From an uncultured delta proteobacterium (GTDB taxonomy: Bacteria; Myxococcota; Myxococcia; Myxococcales; Anaeromyxobacteraceae): a DNA stretch of 64,000 nucleotides. Shown piece by piece: positions 1-9,969 of the stretch (within the stretch, counting starts at the first letter, position 1; each line of letters opens with the position of its first letter). Where the stretch lies: the NCBI GenBank assembly GCA_963845515.1, contig CAWJSR010000029.1, positions 1 through 64,000 on the forward strand. Reading direction: 5' to 3'. The position numbers and the translations under genes are program-made. The notes under the pieces were generated by a model. The model saw only the letters and a program-made list of their open reading frames with translations, searched no databases and was not told where the DNA came from.

Positions 1-914
1 ACCAGGAGGATGCGGTCGCGCCGCTCGGGCGTGCTGATGCGCGTGTCGGAGAGCCCCATGCCGAAGCGCAGGTTCTTGAGGTCGCGGAAGCTCTCCTCGA
101 TGGTGAACCGCCTCCCGTAGAGCTTCACGATCTCCGCGCCGGTCCTCTCCTCGTGACTCGTGGCGAGGCACCACGCCTCCTTCATCCCCTTCGCCTTCAC
201 GCAGACCACCGCGCCGACCTCGCGGCGCGTCCTAGTCACGCGCGCCTTCCGAAGCAGCAGCGGCCGCCCGCTGGCGGGAACCCACGCCTTGGCCGCCTTC
301 GTCTCGCCGTCGGCGCTCGTCACCTTCACGACCCCGCGGAAGCGAACCACGAAGTCGAAACCGAGTTGGTCCTTGAGGAGTTCGTAGAGCGCCTGGTCCC
401 CGAAGCCCCGGTCCGCGAGCACCGTCACCTTGGTGCCGGCCGGTACGACCTCGGCGAAGCGCTCGAGAAGCGCGTCCTCGTGCTCGTTGCGCCACCCCTC
501 CAGCTCGGACTTCACGACGCTCTTCCAGAGCAGCGGCGTGGCGCGGCCGTGCTTGGTGATGAGGTAGAGCGCGATGGTGGACTGGTCGTCCTGGTCGAAG
601 TCGGTCCAGTCGAGCGCCACGACGATCTCCGGCCGGCTGCCGATCACGAACGGCACCCAGGTCGCGAAGAGCTTCCAGACGTCCACGCCGGTGTTGGAGA
701 AGAACCGGTCCACCTGCTTGATGGCGTGCTTCCCGTCGAGCTCCTTCGCGACGGCGAGGGCACGCCCCAGGGCGCCTACCGCGAGCTGCGCCCCCTGCAG
801 CGCGCCCACCGTCGCGTCGGCGAGCGAGGCCACTCGCTTCGCGTGGAGGTCGTAGTCGAAGATCGAGGAGACGAAGTCGTGCACGCGGCGGGGGCGGATG
901 GCGTGAGTGCGCAT
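1..914 (-). CDS. IS4-family DDE transposase (3' end outside the window)
   Basis: Translated by hand from ATG 914: MRTHAIRPRRVHDFV...IVVALDWTDF...VTVLADRGF...KLYGRRFTIEESFRDLKNLRFG, giving D, D and the YxxRxxxExxxxxxK (YREK) signature. Absent from the ORF track because its stop lies outside the window. Confidence 0.9.
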   Translation of the reverse strand, partial: MRTHAIRPRRVHDFVSSIFDYDLHAKRVASLADATVGALQGAQLAVGALGRALAVAKELDGKHAIKQVDRFFSNTGVDVWKLFATWVPFVIGSRPEIVVALDWTDFDQDDQSTIALYLITKHGRATPLLWKSVVKSELEGWRNEHEDALLERFAEVVPAGTKVTVLADRGFGDQALYELLKDQLGFDFVVRFRGVVKVTSADGETKAAKAWVPASGRPLLLRKARVTRTRREVGAVVCVKAKGMKEAWCLATSHEERTGAEIVKLYGRRFTIEESFRDLKNLRFGMGLSDTRISTPERRDRILL

Positions 915-997
915 GGGCCCCGCACCATGATCCCAACCCCGCGGATCGTCTACAACTCACCCCATCCCATGACCGTGGGAATGAGGGGATCCGTCAG
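1..997 (-). mobile_element. IS4-family (IS10-like) insertion sequence, left part; runs off the window start
   Basis: Terminus read on the minus strand from 997 is CTGACGGATCCCCTCA, resembling the IS10 end CTGATGAATCCCCT. It is followed by a transposase ORF and interrupts the upstream CARDB gene. Confidence 0.85.
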
Positions 998-1660
998 GGA
1001 GGCGCCCGCTACGAGCCCCGTCACCGTCCGCGTTTGGAGCAGCGTGTCCGCCGTCGAGATCGCCGAGTCCACGGAGAGGTAGAACGCAACGGAGAAACCG
1101 CCCGCAGCGCTGCCAGCATTGCGGACCGTGTCGGAGATCGTCAGGGGGCCGCCCACGAGCGCGTAGGTGGGCACGATCAGGCTCGTCGACCACAGTTCCG
1201 GACCGACCGTGAGAGCGTCGAAGCTAGCCGCGTTGTTGCCCTCCGACGACTCGATGATGGAGTTCTGGTAGTCCAGCACATAGCCGAGGGCGTAAAAGCC
1301 CGGCACGGTGTCCACGGGGATCCTGAGCGACTGGCTCCTCGTGATCAATTGGCCTGCGGGAATGGTGATGCTCGCCGTTCCAAGCAATCTTCCCGAGGGA
1401 AGGGCCGGCCATCGCGCCTCAAGCGAGAACGCCACGCCAAAGGTGAGCGCAAAGGGATCGTAGTAGTAGGGGGTATTGAAGATCCAGTAGAAGGGCCTGT
1501 AGTAGACGGAGCCGTAACTGAGGTTGAAGGTCTCGCCCGGCGCCACTGAGAATGGGGCCTGGATCCCATACGCTTGAAGATCCGGCTGCGCTGCCGCGCC
1601 TTGCGCCCAAGTGGCGACCGCGAGCGCGCTCAGGACGAACCGAACTCTGCTTGCCCGCAC
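998..1660 (-). pseudogene. Secreted CARDB (Ig-like) repeat protein, truncated by the IS4 insertion
   Basis: Signal peptide (VRFVLSALAVATWAQGAAA) and PDL...GFYALGYVLDYQNSIIESSEGNN CARDB-like unit. A second unit (PEL...TVRNAG...FSVAFYLS) is cut at 997, where the frame reads into the IS end and stops at 950. Confidence 0.75.
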
Positions 1661-1986
1661 GAGTCACCCCCGAGCGGCGCGCCGACTTGCACGCACCGTA
1701 ACTACCTCGATCCGTGTACCCGGCTGGGGGGGGCAGGTCAACCCCTGCCTGCTGGAGGCACGCCACCGCCCCTGACCTGCCCCCCGGCCATGGCGACGAA
1801 GACCCCGAAGTCCACCGTGGCGAGGGTGGTGTCCCGGACGCGAACTACAGGGACACCCCCTGCTGCCCCGTGAAATTCCGCGCCCTTGGCGGCCTCCTGG
1901 GCGAGGAGGACTCTGGGACACCCGCCCGCCTCCACCCTTCCGAGCGACTCAAAATGGCGCCAAGGTCGCCGCTTTGGAAGGTCCCG

Positions 1987-2268
1987 TCACGGCACCGAAC
2001 CATTGAGTCGCCACACCACCCACCAGAGAAGCAGTCGCCCCACCTCCCATTGAAACGGCACAAGCACCAATGCGACCAGCAGGCTCGCTCGCCACTTCCT
2101 GGCGGCTCCGACAATAACGGCGACACCAACAAGCACGCTTGCAAGAGAAAGAACTACTCGGCCACTTTGCCACCACTCCGCCCGCCAAGCGTAGCGATAC
2201 ACAGCCCACGACGCCAATTGAAGTGCCAGGAGAGCCACCGCCAATCCTTGCTGCACATGCCTCCTCAT
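1987..2268 (-). CDS. Small membrane protein (93 aa, about 3 TM), putative immunity protein of the Rhs toxin
   Basis: ATG at 2268 overlaps the toxin TGA (2265-2267) as ATGA. The protein has three hydrophobic stretches. Immunity role is inferred from position only. Confidence 0.6.
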   Translation of the reverse strand: MRRHVQQGLAVALLALQLASWAVYRYAWRAEWWQSGRVVLSLASVLVGVAVIVGAARKWRASLLVALVLVPFQWEVGRLLLWWVVWRLNGSVP

Positions 2269-5200
2269 TTCTGGCATGCGGTCGCCTTCTTCGGCTTGCA
2301 TCCAAAGACGGTGAGCAAGTCTCTTCTGTAGACCTTTGAATCATCCGTAGTCCCTGGCCTTGGCGGCCCCAGCCATTTCGCCGGATCCGGGTCGAGGCCA
2401 CCCGCCTCGTCGCAGAGAGACTGATTGCAGAGGGCTTTGCACGAATCCAGTAGCTTCGGGTTCGTGTGGCCCGAGCATTCGGCCCAGCAGAGGTCATGAT
2501 TCATGCAGGTTATATCGAGAGAGTCAGTGGGCGGTGACACACCCTGCCCCTTGCATGTGCCGTTGCCGCCGCTCCAGTAATCCCCGCACCACATACCGTT
2601 CGTCGGCGCACTTCCCGTAATGAGGAACGGGAGCCTGCACCCGTCCGCCGTGTTCCATTCGTCCGTTTCATCGAGGCCGCGGCGATCCGCGGCGATCCGT
2701 CCACCTCATCGGATTCCCCTCCGCGTACCCGTACCAGTTGGGCCCGTAGAACCCGTTGAACCCACCCGCCTTCGCAATCGGGTCCAGCTCTATATACCTG
2801 CCGACGGAAGGCAGGTACCACCGGTTCCAGTTGTGGTACGGCCCCTGGAGGCCCAGCGACCCGAGCAGCCTCTCGTCGTACTGCCCCGGCAGCCGGAGGT
2901 TCGTCACGACCGTGTGAGCCTGCCCCGATTTCGTGGACACCGGCGATGTGTTGGAAACTGGGTCCATGGAGAAGAGGAAGAGGCGGAAGTTCACGGCTGA
3001 GTACAAGGCGGAGGTGGTCGGCCTGGTGCGCTCGAGCGGGAAGAGCGTCGGGCAGGTGGCGAAGGAGCTGGACCTGACGGAGACGGCGGTGCGGAGCTGG
3101 GTGAAGCAGGGCCAGCATCGACGCCAAGCGCGACCCGCCGGGCCCGCTGACCACGGAGGAGCGGGCCGAGCTGACGCGGCTGCGGCGCGAGCTCAAGACG
3201 GTGACGCATGGAGCGGGACTTCCTGCGAAAAGCTGCAGCCTTCTTCGCCAGGAGCGGTCGATGAGCTTCGAACTCATCGAGGCGGAGAAAGGGAACTACC
3301 CGAAGGCGCTGATGTGCCGGGCGCTCGGGCTGTCCCGCTCCGGGCACCATGCCTTCACGACCCGCGGGCCGTCGCAGCGCGACCTGGAGCAGCAGAAGCT
3401 CGACGTGCTCGTGGCGGCGATCTTCGCCGAGCTGGAAGGCCGCTACGGAGCGCCGCGCATCGAGAAGGAGCTGCGCCGACGCGGCCACCGGACGAGCAGG
3501 AAGCGGGTGGCGGCCTCGATGGCTCGGCAGGGCCTCGTAGCGCGCCCTCGGCGTCGCTGGAGGCAGTACGACCGACTCCGTCGCACCGGGAGCCCATCGC
3601 GCCCAACCTGCTCGCCCGGGACTTCACCGCCGACGCGCCAGACCGCGTCTGGGTCGGCGACACCACCTACCTGCCGGTGCTCGGCGGCTTCCTGTTCCTG
3701 GTCGTCATCCTCGACCTGTTCTCGCGCAAGGTGGTCGGCTGGTCGCTCGGCGACCGCCTCGACGCGGAGCTGTCCACGGAGGCGCTGCGGCGAGGCGATC
3801 ATGCCGGCGCCAGCCTGGACCTGGGCTGCTGTTCCACTCCGACCGGGGCTTCGAGTTCGCCGCCAAGAGCTTCCGGGCGCTGCTCGCCCAGGTCGGGGCC
3901 GTGCAGAGCATGAGCCGGAAGGGCAACTGCTGGGACAACGCCGTGGCCGAGAGCTTCTTCTCGACGCTGGAGTTCGAAGGGCCCGTCCACGGCCCTGGCG
4001 CACCGTCGAGGACGGCCAGCCCGAGCTGTTCACCTTCATCGAGAGCTACTACAACGCGAGGAGGCTGCATTCACGGAACGGCTACAGGAGCCCGAACGAG
4101 ACCGAATACAACTGGCGCTCGAGGCGCTGGCGGCATAACCTCAGTGTCCACTGAATCGGGGCAAGCCCAGTGCGCCCTGAGACGCTGTCTGCGAATGTCG
4201 TTTCCCCGATGTCGCCGTACGGCCGCGCCGTCGCGCTCCAGACGGTCTGCCCATTTGCGTTCGTCAGCGCCCGCGGCAGCCCGATGCTGTCAACGTGCAC
4301 CGCGTAGGTGTTCCGCTCCGTGTCGCTCGGGTGCTCTTCCTGCGCCACCGGCCGCCCATCCAGCCAGACGTACTCCCTCACGGTCCGCCACGGGCTCGCC
4401 GGAACACCAGTCCGCTCGTACTCACCCATGGTCTCCCCGCCCGGCAGGAACGAGAAGTACGTCTTCTTCCCCGTCGCGCCGTCGGTCCTCGCGACGCGCC
4501 GATTCATCGCGTCGTACTCGAACCGCGCCACCACCGACGTCACAGCCGCTTCCGTCCGGCATGCGAGCGCGTCCGGGCCGCCGGAACCTGGCGCTGCATT
4601 CCCGACCAGCACCAGCCTTCCTAGCGCATCGTGCACCATGCAGACCGTCTGTGTGATGCTCGTCCCCGCAGCGTCGTAGGTCGAGACGGAGGAGAGGTTG
4701 GTCTGGTCGTCGTACCCGTACGCCTGGCGGCGGACCGAGGGTATCCCCATCGTCCAGGCAGCGATGAGCCTGTCGCCGGCATACTCGTAGCGGAGGGACT
4801 CTCCCGTTCCGTGGCCGGGCACGAAACCAGTCAGCCGGTCGAGGTGGTCGTAGGTGAAGCCAGTCGAGGCGGTGCCCTGGACTACCCCGGCCACGTCTCC
4901 CGCAGGACTCATGCCGTACAGCAGGCTCAGTGGGCCGCTCACCACCGACTCGGGTTCATACCGAAGGTTGAACGTCTGCGTCAGTTGCTGCCCGTTGGCG
5001 AAGGTCAGCGACTTGACCGGACCGAAGGGCTCGCGCGCGACCCCGGTCACGAAGGGGCGATTGATTCCGGCCTCCCTCACCGCTGTCACTTCCTTGGTCG
5101 CGTCGTCGCGCTCATACGTCACGGCAAGCCCGGAGGGATAGACAACCGTGTCGAGATAGCCGTCCACGTCGTATCGATACTCGGTCACGAGCGGAGCGGT

Positions 5201-8200
5201 CTCCCCGATCACGAGCACCGTCTCGTACCGAAGGCGCCCGCCGGAGTCCCATGTGAACCAGGTCGTTCTGCCCGCCTCGACCGTGGAATACAGCCGGCCC
5301 TTCTGGTTGGCGGCGTCGTAGGTGAGCGCGACGTCCACAGGCGGATCGCCCAGGTCCTTCACCGCGTGGATCCCGATGAGCCGATCGAGCCCATCGTAGG
5401 TGTACTCCACGGTCACGCGACCGCCGGTCCGGTGACGAACGTTGCCGCGCGCGTCGTAGTCGTACCGGTACGGCTGACTGTCTTTGAACGAGGCCGTGCT
5501 CGCGACCTTGCCGTTGCTCCCAAAGTCGTCGTGTGCGTAGCTCGTCGTCCTTCCCGCGCCGTCCGTCACGCCCAGGATGGCATCCTGAGTCGCCTCGTAG
5601 ACGTAGGAGGCCGCCGTAGTCGACAATTGAGGCTGGAGCTCCGCTGGTGACTTTCGAACGACGTCCTTCGGTCGTCCGAGCGCGTCCGGCACGAACTCAG
5701 TGGTGCGACCGTCCTCGTCCAGCAGCGTGGTGAGAATGCCGGTGGGGTCGTAAGTCCAAATGGCCCGTTTCCCAGGGTCGTCGGGGTGGGTCTCGTTCAA
5801 TATCCGGTGCTCGGCGTCGTACAGGCGAATGCGCCTCCAGCGGACGATGCCCGCGGCATCCTTTCGCTCCGCCAGCTCCGGATTGCCGGCCGCGTCGTAC
5901 CGGACCTCCTGCACATCGCCGATCGTCACGGAAGCCGGGGCGAGATCGGGGTCACCATAGAGCCGCTCGACGGACTTGAGCCGCCCCCTCGCGTCGTAGG
6001 TCGCGCGTCGCGAAGCACCCGAGCCCAAGAGCACCAGCCTCGGTGAGCTGCCGTCGTAATACCGGATCCCCGTCGTCCGTCCGTCCGCGCCGAGGTGGGA
6101 CACTACGCGCCCTCGGCCGTCACGAATGAACATGGACATCGGACCGTTCGGCGCGGTGCCCGTGTACGGGCCGGTCACTGTGTACGGGCCGAAGAGGTCG
6201 TAGTCGATCGAGTACGTCAACGCCGTCGCAGCCGGCATGGCGGGGTACTGCCTCACCTCCTTGAGCCGACCACGGCGCGTGCCTGCGTCGTCGTCGGGCC
6301 AGTAGACCCGCTCCTCGATCGGCGTGACGTCCGAAGGGGAGGGCCGATCGAGGTTCACCGGGCCGATCGTCTTCACGACGCGGCCATGCTCATCGTAGGA
6401 GTAGAACGTGGCGTGGCGCTCGTAGACCACCGCGCCGGTCGCGATGTCCGTGGTGTAGCCGTCCTTGATCCTGCGGCAGGCTACACTTCCCTTGCGGAGA
6501 GACGTTGGACCGCACGTGTAGCCGTCCGGATCGCCGAGCTTGTTCAGGTACCTTCCGCTCTCGTCCAGATCATAATAGTCCGTGGTATCGCCGGAGAAGT
6601 TGCCGCCGCTGAGGTTGCTGCGCCTGCCCGACCACGTCACATTGGAGAGCGGGACGGCGTACCCCACTGCAACCTGACGCGTCAGTCCGTACCGGTAGAA
6701 CTCCTCGTCGATTAGGTTTGCACTCGGCGGAGCGGCTCCAGCATCGCAGCTGAAGCCGACTGGTTTCACGTAGCGTGCGATGCGCTCCGGGCGCAGGTAC
6801 TCGTCGCGGTCGTACCAATCGATGCGACCATTGCCCGCATCGAAGCACTGGAGCCTATTCTTGATCCAACCCATTGACATCCCGACATCATCCACGACCG
6901 CGCCCGAGATCCTGCCGGATGACGAGGTGCTTAGACTGCCACCGCTCGTGCCGCCCCCCGACATGTACGTCGTCGTCGCCTTGTTGGGCTCGGGATATAC
7001 AACGTCCAGCGTCGTCGCTGTGTCCACGATCCGATTGGCGTACCAACTTGCGTCGTATCCGAATTCGACGATGGGATCTCCAGCTTCGTTGCGAACCTTC
7101 GTCAGCCGGCCCGAGGAGTACTCGTATGAGCGGATCACCTTCGCGTCAGGGTCCACCGCCTTCTGGAGATCGGAGCCGATATAGGTGTAGTCCACGACCT
7201 TCGTGGGCTCCGCGTCGGTTGGGCTCGCCCGGAACTCCAGAGAGCTCGCGAGACCGGCGCACGCCTGTGACGTCTTCAGGCTGAGCTCGTGACCCCATGG
7301 ATCGCGGAGCGAGATCAGAGTCTTGCTTGCGATGTCATAGGAGACCTCGGTCGCGTTGCCGCGCGGATCCTCCATGCTCTTCAGGCGCGCGACTCCTCCC
7401 GCCATGGGGTCCGTGCAGTAAGCCGACGCCAACGGGCCGCACGACTCGCAGACGCTGCCGTACGTCGCCTTCCGGCCGTCGTCCAGATAGACGATGAAGT
7501 CGCCGCCATTCTCCGGGCTGCGCCTGACCATCTTGATGTAGCTGTTGTCGAGCGAGTAGTAGTCCCTGGCGGCCTCGAAGATCGTGACCTCCTCGCCAAG
7601 CTCCTCGCTCCAGGCCGTGACGGGCACCATGCCGAACCGGGTGCCAGCGGAATAGCCAGACCCGACCTGGCAGAAAGCGCCTCCAAACGAGTAGGACGTG
7701 CATGTGAGCGTCTTCTCCCATTCGTGTCGCCAGCCGCGCCCGAACACCCCAGGCTCCGCACCGCCACTCACGGACGTGTCGTTGCTGCGGTAGGAGCGCT
7801 TGAACTCCAGCGGCACGGGGCCGTTCGAACCGGAAGTCGCTCTGCGCGTCCGTGATGGCGGCCCGGCTCGAGAAGACGATTGGGTCCTCCCCTCCCGTGT
7901 TCATCAACGATGCGTCACAAGAGTCCTTCGGCGGCGCGCAGCCGTCCAGGCTCGTCGAGTAGCAGTAGGGGTCAGGCGAGCATTGATTGCACAGGACGCC
8001 CACGTTGCAGAATTGCGGATAGTCCTCGCAGTAGTGCGCTCCCAGGCGCTGGCAAACGCACTGGGTCCCATTTGTCACCATCGAACCGTCGCAGTATGCG
8101 AAGACGCTTTGCCAAGCCCCGCATGAGTCTTCGGGCGGAAGGCCCTCGCAGTATTCGGAGCAATCGGCTCCGCACGCAACAACAACCCACCCGCCGCCGC

Positions 8201-8327
8201 AAACCGCCCCCGCTGCATCATGCGGCCACTGGGTCATGGCGCTCAAAGCGACCGCCAACGCCAGCGCGCGCCAGGCGCAGTACTTCCGAGAGGATACTGG
8301 GGGATTCCGCTGACACCGGATTGCCAT
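2265..8327 (-). pseudogene. rhs: Rhs/YD-repeat polymorphic toxin: signal peptide + Cys-rich N-terminus + DUF6531-like domain + YD repeats + Rhs core + PLA2-like toxin; disrupted at about 7822, at 2915-4169 and at 2677-2699
   Basis: Many YD repeats in ORF 4082..7816. Core sequence NLRLPGQY...HNWNRWYLPSVGRYIELDP...YGYAEGNPMRWTDRRG(L). Removing the IS plus target duplication (1258 nt), 10 nt and 1 nt leaves 4794 nt, which is 1597 aa plus stop. Confidence 0.88.
2915..4169 (+). mobile_element. IS3-family insertion sequence (1255 bp) inserted in the rhs gene; orfA from 2966, orfB from 3261, several frameshifts
   Basis: TG...CA ends with 26-bp imperfect inverted repeats (tgagcctgccccgatttcgtggacac vs reverse complement of gtgtccactgaatcggggcaagccca, 22/26). 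3-bp target duplication GTG at 2912-2914 and 4170-4172. OrfA RRKFTAEYKAEVV; OrfB WVGDTTY, DLFSRKVVGW, SRKGNCWDNAVAESFF. Confidence 0.95.
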
Positions 8328-8711
8328 GTCAATCGCCTCGCGAACTCGGCTCAGGACTTTCGAAGGTGCCGTGGCGCGCCCATCAGCGCGTTAGGTACGC
8401 GATACGCAATCTTCGGTGTCTCGTTAGCAGCCTCACGGACACGAGAGCGCGAGGCATGAGTCACCGGTCGCCGCGGGGAAGTCTCCATGACGTAGGCGTA
8501 TAGGTCACGAGTGGCCGCCGCCGATGAGGGCAGCGCGCCCGTGACGCCGACGACAATGAGCGCACGAATGGCCCACCATTGCGTCTTGTCGAACATGCGG
8601 CCCCCCGCACCTGGCTCGCCCAGCCCGTTCGCCAGTGACGTGTCGGAGAGTGAACACACTCCAAGAGCGAAGGTCAAGCGAGCATCTGCCTCATCGCGTT
8701 GGGGGTGGCTC

Positions 8712-8744
8712 CCGACCGACCCGCTCATTCCCACGGCCATGGGA
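8712..8744 (+). repeat. Degenerate solo copy of the IS4 terminus, inverted relative to 965-997
   Basis: ccgaccgacccgctcattcccacggccatggga vs ctgacggatcccctcattcccacggtcatggga (reverse complement of 965-997): 28/33 identical. Confidence 0.8.
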
Positions 8745-8790
8745 GGGCGGAGCGCCCACCCCGCCACGCGCCTTGCTCCGGCGCGCTCCT

Positions 8791-9869
8791 CTAGTCCCTG
8801 AGCCCCCGAAGGGCCTCGTACGTCCTCCCCGCCGCCTCGAGCCCTCGCGGCACCGGCGCGCCTCGCCCACCGCAACAGCCCGCTCAGCGCCCACTGGGCG
8901 GCGAGGGAGACGAGGAGCACGGCAGCAGCGACCAGCAGCGCCTGCGCCGGCCCGAGGCGCTGGCCGACGAGCGTCGCGAGCCCCGGGCGCGTCGACCAGC
9001 CGTAGACCAGCGGGACGTGGATCGCGTAGACGCCGAGCGAGGCCCTCCCCAGCGGCGCCAGGCGCGCCGCAGCGGAGGCCGGGACCTGGGTGAGCGCGGC
9101 GATGAGGAGCAGGAAGGCGCCGATCCGGTAGACGATCAGGACGGGGTCGTTGAACGGCATCGTCCCCACGCCGGTCCAGCAGGTGGCGCCGACGGCGACG
9201 GCCCCGAGCCCGGCCAGCCACGCGGCCTCCCTGCGCCCAGCCTCCAGCACCATCAGCCCGACTGCGGCGCCCGCGAAGAAGTAGGCCATCCACGGGAAGA
9301 GCGGGAACGGCGAGGTCCCGCCGATCGCCTGCTCGAGCGCGATCCCTACGAGGCTCTCCGGCGCGCCGGGGGCGCGCATCCCCAGCGCCACCGCGAGCAC
9401 GCCCCCGGCCGCGAGCGCCAACAGGCGGACGCGGCGGGCCGGCAGCGCGGCGAAGATCAGCGCGGTGACGGCGATCGGAGACGGCGATGGTGTGGAGGAC
9501 GTTGAACGAGACGAGGTGGGCGAAGACGCCGCGATCCCCTGCGAGGAGCCCGTCGATACCCCACCCGGGCCAGTGAAGGAGCACGCCGATGAACAGGAGG
9601 AGCCCCACGCGCTTCGCGCGCCCGGCCGGGATGGCCCATCCGCTCGCACCGGAGCGGTGGATCGCAGCGGCGATCGCCCAGCCAGCCACCGCGATGAAGA
9701 CCGGCGCGGTGAAGCCGCGCGCCTTCCAGTAGGCGACGACGGCCGGGTGGGAGCGGAGCGCCGGCGCCAGCAGCGCGTCGAGCGTGTGGCCCGCGACCAT
9801 CGCGGCCACGCCCAGGGCCCGGGCGGCATCGAGCGCTGGAATGCGGGGGTATGGCTTGGCGGCGGCCAT
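8791..9869 (-). CDS. DUF1624/HGSNAT-N-terminal-like membrane acyltransferase-family protein (apparent frameshifts near 9478 and 8845)
   Basis: RIPALDAARALGVAAMVAGH...FTAPVF...NVLHTIA, then in the next frame FPLFPWMAYF...LGRASLGVYAIH. A third frame gives a plausible end LEAAGRTYEALRGLRD*. Confidence 0.7.
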
Positions 9870-9969
9870 GGCGTCGTCCTAATAACACGGCCGCCCAGGC
9901 GACGCCCCTCCCCAACTCGGCGGGGAGCCCTGCCGGAAACGGCGGCGCGATGGGCTCCCTGCGGATGGC

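Noticed and set aside
8351..8596. Small ORF MFDKTQWWAIRALIVVGV... with a signal-like N-terminus upstream of rhs
   Set aside because: May be a gene fragment, but no recognisable domain; not supportable as a feature.
9921..9959. Stem-loop gggagccc...gccg-gaaa-cggc...gggctccc as an ncRNA
   Set aside because: Short and GC-rich with no family resemblance; at most a terminator-like structure.
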